The notes under the pieces are model-generated. The model was given only the letters and a program-made list of their open reading frames with translations, did no database searches and was not told the DNA's origin. A DNA stretch of 64,000 nt from Syntrophales bacterium (GTDB lineage: Bacteria; Desulfobacterota; Syntrophia; Syntrophales; PHBD01): the NCBI GenBank assembly GCA_963668175.1, contig OY764159.1:2080001-2144000 (forward strand), written 5' to 3'. Shown here piece by piece: positions 17,513-25,811 of this stretch. The first letter of the stretch is position 1, and the number at the start of each line of letters is the position of its first letter. The position numbers were made by a program, and so were the translations under genes.

Positions 17513-18207
17513 CTAAATGGATGGGGGGAGGGTCTCTTCCTCCCCCCAAAGTCCCTGCAACAATGGTTTCCGCTGCTTCTTGCGGTGAAGCGTAACCGCC
17601 GGCGGGGAGGCGTACTCCCATGCAGCCGCGCGTTGCTGCGTCTTGACGACATTTTAAACGACGCCGGATTCGTAGGTTGGGCGGGTGTTCCGGGGCCGGC
17701 TACCGGGGACCCTTTGCCGCCGACGCCCGGAACGACATCTCCCGCCCCTGTCCGCACTGCTTTGCCCTGCGTCCTGGGCCTGCCCTCCCGGGTTTGGCTC
17801 CGACTTTGCCACCGGTGGAGGTCGCGCCTATGGTCTGCACTGGGGTATCGCCTACCCTCGCGGCATCGGTATGAATGGCGCGTTCTCGCGGGCGAACTGC
17901 TTTGTCTTTCCTCTTGTGTCTGGCAGGTATTGTTTCATAAGTGGAGTGAATTGTCAAGGTTTAATTGCATAAGTGAATATATATTGAACACCTAATGATG
18001 TGTGTTCTATGGTAAGGCATTGAAATAAAACTAGAATATGAAACTGAGGATTGGAAAGTGAATTAATGCAGATATTGATAGAGATTTAATCTGGGCATTA
18101 CATTATTAGGCTAGATTTATTGTGAATCTAATGATAAACATTATCTAATTATTATATTTTGTATATTCTGCTCTGATTGATCTAACCTGAGGGATATATG
18201 GAGTAGC

Positions 18208-18251
18208 TTACAGAAGCCCCGAATGTGTCAAACGGATTTCGGGGTTTTGTA
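18208..18251. terminator. Stem-loop upstream of the nuclease gene
   Basis: tacagaagccccgaa...ttcggggttttgta followed by a T-run. Confidence 0.45.
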
Positions 18252-18354
18252 TTTTTGAAAATTTAAAAGCTTTTGATGATTCTTTGACATGTGGTAATAT
18301 TCAATTATTATCGTCATTTCAACGAATTAGTATAGAGATGGAGGGACTTTATTT

Positions 18355-19539
18355 ATGTCACTTGTAGAGCTCTGGCAGTCTTCGCCGAAACAGTTATCGG
18401 AAAAACATGTTCAGCAAGTCATTGCATTTGCAGGAGATGGCAAACTTAAAGATGGAAATCTCACTAGTAATGAATTTCGGACTTTCATTGAATTGATCCC
18501 CTCATCATCACTTGCGCGTTACGCATCTGAATGTCTCGAATCCCGCTTTGATGATTCCGGTTTTGCTTTACAGGATATTGTTAATCAATCTGGTAGAAGA
18601 CTCGGTTTCCAAGTTCAGGATGGTCGTTATCGGGGAGCACAAAACACTATTGGATATGACGGACTGTGGGCATCTCCTTACGGTGACCAGATTGTGGTTG
18701 AAGTCAAGACGACGGATGTATATCGAATTGACCTTAATAAAATTGCAGAATATCGTCGTGCTTTAATTAGAGGTGGAACTATTGCGGAGGAGCGTTCGTC
18801 AATCCTAATTGTAGTAGGTATACAAGACACAGGAGATCTTGAAGCTCAGATACGCGGGTCAAGACATGCCTGGGATGTACGTCTATTAAGCGTTAATTCT
18901 TTGTTTCGTTTAGTTAGTATTCGTGAAGAAATTGAAGGCCCAGCCATTGCGCAAAAAATCTGCGATATCCTTATCCCACGGGAATATACACGCGTTGACA
19001 GTATTATTGATTTAGTATTTGCAACGGCTGCCGAAGCACGTTCTGAGATGCCGACCGATGAAATGAACGATGCGGATGTTACCGATGACCAAACTAAGGG
19101 AGAAAAAAAGCCCAAGTTTACACCGGTTAGTTTTCATGAAGAATGTGTTGTCCGTATTCAGGAAAAACTTAGAGTCCCTCTCGTTAGGCGATCTAAAGCA
19201 TCATTCATTTCACCGAACAAAGAAGTAGCATTGATCTGTGCTGTCTCTAGAGAGCACCCCGCAGGTCGAGGCGTGGGGTACTGGTTTGCCTTTCATCCTC
19301 ACCAGCAGGACATTCTTGGTGGCTTTGTGAATGCCTATGTTGCATTTGGGTGTGGCTCTGCTAAATCAATCTTATTAATACCTTTTAAAGACTTTCGAAT
19401 GTGGCTGAGTGGTATGAATATGACTCATGCGGAAGATAGAGAATACTGGCATGTTCAAATTATCAAAGATAAGAATAAATATACTCTACAACAAAAGGCC
19501 GGCTTAGATAAAGTCGATGTAACAAGATATCTTATTTAA
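18355..19539 (+). CDS. PD-(D/E)xK restriction-endonuclease-like protein (orphan, putative defence)
   Basis: GYDGLW...IVVEVKTT motif; AT-rich island; TTGACA-16-TATTAT at 18284-18311; GGAGGG RBS. Confidence 0.75.
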   Translation: MSLVELWQSSPKQLSEKHVQQVIAFAGDGKLKDGNLTSNEFRTFIELIPSSSLARYASECLESRFDDSGFALQDIVNQSGRRLGFQVQDGRYRGAQNTIGYDGLWASPYGDQIVVEVKTTDVYRIDLNKIAEYRRALIRGGTIAEERSSILIVVGIQDTGDLEAQIRGSRHAWDVRLLSVNSLFRLVSIREEIEGPAIAQKICDILIPREYTRVDSIIDLVFATAAEARSEMPTDEMNDADVTDDQTKGEKKPKFTPVSFHEECVVRIQEKLRVPLVRRSKASFISPNKEVALICAVSREHPAGRGVGYWFAFHPHQQDILGGFVNAYVAFGCGSAKSILLIPFKDFRMWLSGMNMTHAEDREYWHVQIIKDKNKYTLQQKAGLDKVDVTRYLI

Positions 19540-19595
19540 TTCTGATTTCAAGAATTTTATCATGCAGATTAAGCATCCGAGAATATTGTTTTCCC

Positions 19596-19692
19596 CTGCC
19601 ATGTAAACGCCCGGAAGTCCCGGAGGGATTTGGCGAGGACGCGGGGCTTCATGACGGACTGGATGTTGGAATACTTGTCCGTCCACGGCCGC
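19596..19692 (-). pseudogene. Diverged duplicate of the 3' end of the 25812-28043 gene (att-like copy 3)
   Basis: Translates RPWTDKYSNIQSVMKPRVLAKSLRDFRAFTW versus RPWTDKYSNLPSVMKPRVLVNSLRDFQPFKW in the gene. Confidence 0.85.
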
Positions 19693-19710
19693 CCGGCGTC
19701 GAGATATCCG

Positions 19711-19747
19711 TTGACAAATCATTATAAAATAATTATGGTTTAATTAT
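19711..19747 (+). promoter_or_regulatory. brnTA promoter with palindromic operator
   Basis: TTGACA-17-TATGGT; inverted repeat ATAATTA-N5-TAATTAT at 19729-19747. Confidence 0.6.
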
Positions 19748-20033
19748 GATCGGCTTTGCCTGGGATGACCGGAAAAGCGAAACGAACAGGAAAAAGCACG
19801 GCGTTTCGTTCGACGAGGCCAGAACGGTATTTTACGACGAGCACGCCGTCCGGTATTTCGATCCCGATCATTCCGGGGACGAAGACAGGTTCATTATGCT
19901 GGGATTGAGCCAAAAGCTCAGAACCATCGTCGTGTGCCACTGTTTTCGCGAGGACGATTCGATCATCCGGATCATCTCCGCCAGGAAAGCGACCCAAAGA
20001 GAAGAAGACCAGTACTGGAAGGAACGGGCATGA
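19746..20033 (+). CDS. brnT: BrnT-family toxin (type II TA)
   Basis: FAWDDRKSETNRKKHGVSFDEA...EDRF...IRIISARKAT..E. Confidence 0.92.
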   Translation: MIGFAWDDRKSETNRKKHGVSFDEARTVFYDEHAVRYFDPDHSGDEDRFIMLGLSQKLRTIVVCHCFREDDSIIRIISARKATQREEDQYWKERA

Positions 20034-20254
20034 GGAAAGAGTACGATTTCGGAAAAATGAAGGGGCAGAAGAACCCTTACATCAAGGAGCTGAAGAGCCA
20101 GGTCACCATCCGGCTCGACAGGGACACCATCGCCTATTTCAAAGGGTTGGCGAAGAAAACCGGCATGTCGTACCAGAACCTCATCAATCTCTATCTGCGC
20201 GACTGCGTCGAACGGAAGCAGGAGCCCGTCATCCGCTGGTCCGGCCCCGCCTGA
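20030..20254 (+). CDS. brnA: BrnA-family antitoxin
   Basis: MRKEYDF..MKGQKNPY...VTIRLD...YFK...YQNLINLYL; ATGA overlap with brnT. Confidence 0.9.
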   Translation: MRKEYDFGKMKGQKNPYIKELKSQVTIRLDRDTIAYFKGLAKKTGMSYQNLINLYLRDCVERKQEPVIRWSGPA

Positions 20255-20553
20255 GGGTTCGGCCATGCAGCGCCGCCGCCCCGCGCCGCCCGGCGGCCAC
20301 CGGCTATCGGCGGCAGGCGTAAGCGGCTCAGGCCGTTCTCTTCCGCCGCCGTCCCGCCGCCGACTATCCCCCCGGCCATGCAAGCGCCCGGACGTTCCGG
20401 AGGGCGTTGCCGAAGAGCGCCGGTGCGGGATCGATGCGGCGAAAAGATCGCGCCCGCCGGGAAAAAACGATTAAGCCATTGACAAAACTGGCTGATCCCG
20501 GTATGACTTCTCCACACACACGCCAATCAAATCTTTTAAGGGGGAAAAGACTC

Positions 20554-21516
20554 ATGAAGAAGATTTTTTCACTCTTAGCAATCCTGACGTTTGTTTTCGC
20601 AAGCACCGCCGCCGCCATGGAAATCAAGTTCGCCCACGTGGTGAACGAGAAGGACGCCTTCCACGTGGCCGCGGAAAAATTCAAGGAACTGGTGGAGAAG
20701 CGCTCCCAGGGCGCCCTCACCGTCAACATCTTTCCCAACGCGAAACTCGGCGACGAACGCACGCTCCTGGAGCGGATGAAGATGGGGATCGTCGATGCGG
20801 GCATCATCACCAACGGCCCGATCATCAATTTCGTTCCCTCCTTCGGCGCCGTCGACCTGCCTTTCCTCTTCCGCGACCCGAAGCATGCGTACAAGGTCCT
20901 GGACGGCAACATCGGCAAGAAGCTCATGGCCGACCTGGAGTCTCAGGGGTGGAAGGGGCTGGCCTTCGGCGAGCGCGGGTTCCGCAACCTGACGAACAGC
21001 AAGCACGCCGTCAAGACGCCCGCCGACATCAAGGGGCTGAAAATCAGGGTCATGCAGAACCCGGTCTACGTGGATTCCTTCAAGGCGCTGGGGGCCAACG
21101 CGGTGCCCATGGCCTGGACGGAAGTCCTCACCGCCCTCCAGCAGGGCACGGTGGACGGCCAGGAGAACCCCCTCAACGTCATCATGGCCTTCAAACTTTA
21201 CGAAACGCAGAAATACCTCAGCATCACGCGCCACGCCTACGCCCCCGCGCCGATCATCATGAGCATGGCCACCTGGAAGAAGCTCACCCCGGCCCAGCAG
21301 GGTATCGTCATGAAGGCCGCCCAGGAAGCGGCCGAGTTCGAGCGCGCCTGGGACAACAGGATGGAGGCCGAGTGGATGAAGGAGCTGAAGGCCAAAGGCA
21401 TGGTCATCGCCACGCCGGACCTCGCGCCCTTCCAGAAGGCGGTCAAGCCGGTCTACGACCAGTATTCGGCCAAGTTCGGAAAGGACCTGATCGAAGCCAT
21501 CCAGAAGACGAAGTGA
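20554..21516 (+). CDS. dctP: TRAP transporter solute-binding protein
   Basis: Signal peptide; GFRNLT, DIKGLKIRV and ALQQGTVDGQENP motifs. Confidence 0.95.
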   Translation: MKKIFSLLAILTFVFASTAAAMEIKFAHVVNEKDAFHVAAEKFKELVEKRSQGALTVNIFPNAKLGDERTLLERMKMGIVDAGIITNGPIINFVPSFGAVDLPFLFRDPKHAYKVLDGNIGKKLMADLESQGWKGLAFGERGFRNLTNSKHAVKTPADIKGLKIRVMQNPVYVDSFKALGANAVPMAWTEVLTALQQGTVDGQENPLNVIMAFKLYETQKYLSITRHAYAPAPIIMSMATWKKLTPAQQGIVMKAAQEAAEFERAWDNRMEAEWMKELKAKGMVIATPDLAPFQKAVKPVYDQYSAKFGKDLIEAIQKTK

Positions 21517-21524
21517 TGTAACCC

Positions 21525-22037
21525 ATGACGGAAACAGACACCAAGACGGGGGAGGCGGCCGAGCCCTCCTCCCTTCTTCTCAGACTGAGCGACGTGGTCA
21601 ACGTCTGGAGCGAAAGGCTCCTGTTCGTGCTCATGCTGGCCATGATCTTCTTCACGACGATCCAGGTTGTCTTCCGCGTGTTCTTCACGGCCTTTTCCTG
21701 GACCGAGGAGATCACCTGCTTCCTGCTTTTCTATGCCTCCCTCGTGGGGGCCGCCGTGGCCTTCAAAAGGGGGTCCCACATCGCCGTCACGTTCATCGTG
21801 GATCTGTTCCCCGGCGGCGGGCGGAAGTTCCTGGCCGTCGTGGTCCATCTTCTGGGCATCCTCTTTTTCGCCGTCGTCGCGATCTACGGCTCCATGCTCG
21901 TGCAGACCGAGGCCGTGCAGCTCTCCCCGGGCATGCAGATTTCCATGTCCGTGATCTATGTGGCGTTTCCCGTGGTCGGCGCGGTGGTCATGCTGCATCT
22001 TGTCGCCGGCATCCGGCAGACGCTGAGGAGGGGCTGA
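21525..22037 (+). CDS. dctQ: TRAP transporter small permease
   Basis: 4 TM segments; WTEE and HIAV motifs; lies between dctP and dctM. Confidence 0.93.
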   Translation: MTETDTKTGEAAEPSSLLLRLSDVVNVWSERLLFVLMLAMIFFTTIQVVFRVFFTAFSWTEEITCFLLFYASLVGAAVAFKRGSHIAVTFIVDLFPGGGRKFLAVVVHLLGILFFAVVAIYGSMLVQTEAVQLSPGMQISMSVIYVAFPVVGAVVMLHLVAGIRQTLRRG

Positions 22038-22040
22038 ACC

Positions 22041-23324
22041 ATGGGCTGGATTCTCTTCGGGACCTTTTTCTTTTTCCTGCTCATCGGCGTCCCCGTTGGG
22101 CTGGCGGTGGGCCTTTCGGCCCTCATCATCTTCATCGTGTCGGGCATCCCGCTGCAGATGGTGCCCCAGACCTTCTTCGAGGGCAGCAGCTCCTACGCCC
22201 TGGTCGCCGTTCCCTTCTTCATCCTCGCCGGGGACATCCTGGCGCGGGGCGGCATATCCGAGCGGATACTGGCCATCGCGGAGGCGACCATCGGCCGCGT
22301 CCGGGGCGGCCTCGGGATCGTGGCCACGGCCGCCTCGATGTTCATCGCCGCGATTTCCGGATCGGGCGCGGCGACAACGGCCGCCGTCGGGGCGTCGCTT
22401 ATGCCGGAGATGGAGAAGAAGAAATACGACGTGGATTTCTCCGCGGCGCTCATCGCCTCGTCGGGGACCATCGGCGTCGTCATTCCGCCCAGCGTTCCCA
22501 TGGTGCTCTACGCGGTCATCGCCGGGGAGTCCGTGGCGAAGCTTTTCATGGGCGGGTTCATTCCGGGGACGATCATGGGCGTCGGCCTGATGGGCTATGC
22601 CCTGTGGTTCGCGAACAAGCACGGCTACCTGTCGAGCGAGAAGATGCCCGGCAGCGTTGTGGCGCGGCGCTTCGTCGATTCCCTGTGGGGGCTCTTCACG
22701 CCGATCATCATCCTGGGCGGTATTTTCGGGGGCTACTTCACCCCCTCGGAAGCGGCCGCCATCGCCGTGGACTACACGCTGCTCATCGCGTGGCTCGTCT
22801 ACCGGTCCCTGACCTTCAAGCGGTTCTACGAGCTGGTGGTGGGCGCGGGCGTCACCTCCGCCCTCATCATGTTCATCATCGGCACGGCGAAGATCTTCGG
22901 CTGGGGGCTGGCCTTCTACGAAATCCCCGAGGCCGTGGCGAAGGCCATGATCTCCGTCGCCGGGAACAGCAGTTTTCTCATCTACCTCATGATCAACATC
23001 ATCGTCCTGATCGCCGGGTGTTTCATGGAGACGGCCTCCGCCCTGATCATCCTGACGCCCATCTTCCTGCCGCTCATCACGTCCGTCGGCGGGGACATGG
23101 TCCATTTCGGCGTTATCCTCACGATAGGCCTCGCCATCGGCATGGCGACGCCGCCCATGGCGATCAACATCTTCGTGGCGAGCGCGATCAGCGGCCGCAC
23201 CCTGGAACAGATCAGCAAGGCCATCTGGCCCATGGTCGTGATCCTCATCGTGGCGCTCATGATCTGCACCTACTTCCCCTGGTTCGTCATGGTCCTCCCG
23301 AGAACCTTCATGGGCGTGCAGTAA
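22041..23324 (+). CDS. dctM: TRAP transporter large permease
   Basis: AVPFFILAG, ISGSGAA, IPPS, TPSEAAA and TPP motifs. Confidence 0.95.
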   Translation: MGWILFGTFFFFLLIGVPVGLAVGLSALIIFIVSGIPLQMVPQTFFEGSSSYALVAVPFFILAGDILARGGISERILAIAEATIGRVRGGLGIVATAASMFIAAISGSGAATTAAVGASLMPEMEKKKYDVDFSAALIASSGTIGVVIPPSVPMVLYAVIAGESVAKLFMGGFIPGTIMGVGLMGYALWFANKHGYLSSEKMPGSVVARRFVDSLWGLFTPIIILGGIFGGYFTPSEAAAIAVDYTLLIAWLVYRSLTFKRFYELVVGAGVTSALIMFIIGTAKIFGWGLAFYEIPEAVAKAMISVAGNSSFLIYLMINIIVLIAGCFMETASALIILTPIFLPLITSVGGDMVHFGVILTIGLAIGMATPPMAINIFVASAISGRTLEQISKAIWPMVVILIVALMICTYFPWFVMVLPRTFMGVQ

Positions 23325-23527
23325 AAGTATCGCCCGCCCCGCGGATTGAAGGCCGATACGGGCCGATACGTGCGCCAAAAATAATCCTGCCCTTTTACCG
23401 TTCGTTCGGGTAAAATAGTCTCAGGCGGCGGGGGACGGCCGCATCGTGGGCGCGGTATCCGGCGAAACGGGGCGGCATCGGCCCGCTTGGCAACACAGTA
23501 TACTCGATTATCGTTCAGGAGGTCGTC

Positions 23528-23965
23528 ATGGAAGATCTGAAGAAGGCCGTTTTGGACTACATGGGCTCATGCGCTTCGTGCACCGTTGCGACGGCAGGAC
23601 CGGACGGCGAGCCGGATGCATCGACGGTCTATTTCTCCGTCTCGGGGCTCGATATCTATTTCAATACGGCGAAGAACAGCGAGAAGATCAAGAACATCAA
23701 GGCCAATCCGCGGGTCGCCATCGTGATGCAGAAGAACCCCGCGCCGAAGACCGATCGGGAAATCAGCGGCATTCAATACAGGGGCACGGCAAAAATCGTG
23801 ACGGCGAAAGAGCATGACGGCGTGCCCGGCCCCGTCATGGCCCGTCACAACGTATTCAACAGCATCAAGCCCGGCAATTCCGTCATTGTCAGGGTGACGC
23901 CCGTGGAAATCTACCTCATCGATTATACGAAAGGCTTCCGCCACCGCGACCGCCTCAAGGTCTAA
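23528..23965 (+). CDS. Pyridoxamine 5'-phosphate oxidase-like FMN-binding protein
   Basis: VATAGPDGEP...YFNT..S.K..NIKANPRVA; AGGAGG RBS. Confidence 0.85.
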   Translation: MEDLKKAVLDYMGSCASCTVATAGPDGEPDASTVYFSVSGLDIYFNTAKNSEKIKNIKANPRVAIVMQKNPAPKTDREISGIQYRGTAKIVTAKEHDGVPGPVMARHNVFNSIKPGNSVIVRVTPVEIYLIDYTKGFRHRDRLKV

Positions 23966-24004
23966 GCCCTGAGCTTCACACCGCTTGAACCTTTCTTTCG
24001 GGAC

Positions 24005-24096
24005 CGTGTGCCCTTCAGGGGTACGTGTGCCCTTCAGGGTACGTGTGCCCTTCAGGGGTACGTGTGCCCTTTAGGGTGCGTGTGCCCTTTAGGGTG
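24005..24096. repeat. Five tandem 18-19-bp mini-hairpin units (CGTGTGCCCTTCAGGG(G)TA)
   Basis: Read directly; no spacers between units. Confidence 0.9.
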
Positions 24097-24164
24097 CGGG
24101 TATGCGTTCCATCGGGTGAAACGAAAAGAAAAGGCTCGTATTCGCAAGGAACCCACTCCCCCCC

Positions 24165-24262
24165 CTACCACTTGAACGGCTGGAAGTCCCGGAGGGAGTT
24201 GACGAGGACACGGGGCTTCATGACGGAGGGCAGGTTGGAATACTTGTCCGTCCATGGCCGCA
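24165..24262 (-). repeat. 98-bp duplicate of the 3' end of the 25812-28043 gene (att-like copy 2)
   Basis: 3 mismatches versus 25812-25909, all synonymous. Confidence 0.92.
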
Positions 24263-24414
24263 AATCCGAATATTACGATCCCGGACAAATGGAAGTTGTG
24301 TGATAAGATGTGTAAGTAACGGATGTGATGTCTAAGAGGTAAAGACTTTTTGTAACCGGCTGGAGCGGCAGAAAATCTCGATTTGGCCTTGGTGAAAGAT
24401 GGATTTCGCTGAAA

Positions 24415-25551
24415 TCAGTCTAATGTGCGTAAATTCAATTTGTATCGATCGTTTTCCTGCGATAGAACAGTCAACTCCACCAATTTTGCAAGATCTCTTC
24501 TCGCCGTACGTTCGCTCACGCTCCTGTATAAGGCATTATAAGGAGGTTCTTGAAATAGTTCTTTTAGAGATATCGTACCGCCCCGATTCAGCAGGTTGCT
24601 TAACAAGTCGTGCTGCCTCTGGGTGATGACCTTGCCGGCATAGAGCGATGCATACAAATCCCGTATGACCAATTCACGAATTCTAAGCGTCACATCGTCT
24701 TTAATCTTATTCAAAGACTCGACGACGCCTTCCATCATAAATTTAAGAAACGGCGTTACGTCGTTGTCCGCCGCTTTTCTGGTGAGTGAAAAAGCCCAAT
24801 AATAATCGTCCATATTCCTGTAGTAGTAGTTCGACAGCATGGTCGGTACGTATTTCATGCCGGACGTTCTAAGGAGCAGCGCTTCGATGACCCGAATGGT
24901 CCGGCCGTTGCCGTTGCCGAAGGGATGGATCAACCCCAAATGATAATGCGCCAAGGCCGCCCTGACGAGCCCGTCCAATGCCAGGACTTCTTCGCTATTG
25001 ATCCAACCCACAAATTCTTTCATCAGATTGACAATGTCCGGCTGACATTTGGGCGGCGTATGGATGCCGCCGTGTTCTTTGTCGCCGACTTTTACGACGT
25101 GGTTTCTGTAACCGCCGGGAAGATTATCGGTCCGCTCGATGCCGCTTGTGATGATGCGGTGAGATTCTTTGATTATTTCCTCGGTCAACTTGAGGGGGGC
25201 TGCCGCCGGGGCAATCGTCTTGATCCGGTCATAGACTTTTTTAAGGTTCCGGATGGCTTTTTCCGCGTCGGTGATCTTTTGACCGCTTTCCGCTTGGGCT
25301 ATAATTTCCCCGACCTCTTCTTCTTTCAGGGGATTGCCTTCTAGTGCGGCCGTACTGAAAATGGACCGGCGAATGAGTTCTTGTTCCAAATGGGCCGACC
25401 ACGCCGGCAGGACAGGCAAATCGTCTATCGTTTTGTACAAAAGCTTGGACTCGAAAAGGAGATTATGAAGTTCGGAGGCGTCATATTTCGCGCTGAATGC
25501 AAAGTGACCGGATTTGAAGGTCATGACTTTTTTAACAAGATTGATGTCCAT
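24415..25551 (-). CDS. Fic-domain protein with C-terminal HTH
   Basis: HPFGNGNGRTIR; N-terminal STAALEGN inhibitory motif; SERTARRDL..L HTH. Confidence 0.92.
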   Translation of the reverse strand: MDINLVKKVMTFKSGHFAFSAKYDASELHNLLFESKLLYKTIDDLPVLPAWSAHLEQELIRRSIFSTAALEGNPLKEEEVGEIIAQAESGQKITDAEKAIRNLKKVYDRIKTIAPAAAPLKLTEEIIKESHRIITSGIERTDNLPGGYRNHVVKVGDKEHGGIHTPPKCQPDIVNLMKEFVGWINSEEVLALDGLVRAALAHYHLGLIHPFGNGNGRTIRVIEALLLRTSGMKYVPTMLSNYYYRNMDDYYWAFSLTRKAADNDVTPFLKFMMEGVVESLNKIKDDVTLRIRELVIRDLYASLYAGKVITQRQHDLLSNLLNRGGTISLKELFQEPPYNALYRSVSERTARRDLAKLVELTVLSQENDRYKLNLRTLD

Positions 25552-25811
25552 GATCTTGTCGCCCAAATAACCCGATTATACAATTCATTCGAAAAAGGTC
25601 ATGCCGTTTGCCGTCAAAAATGTATGGCGCCAGGATGTCCATATAACAATGACCGAAACGATTGTCAAGTATTATGACACATAAAATGTCAACATATAAT
25701 GTTATAATATCGACAAGATGAGTTAGCTGTGTTCCGATATATGTCATAAAATATGTCAATATGATTGGCCGATGATTGCAGGGATGGCATAGGGTGGGAT
25801 TTCGCCGCCCC

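Noticed and set aside
17520..17995. Several short ORFs upstream of the phage-like operon
   Set aside because: No motifs or convincing RBS, and the frames conflict
24005..24096. Possible CRISPR array
   Set aside because: Units are 18-19 bp, directly tandem with no spacers, and no cas genes are present
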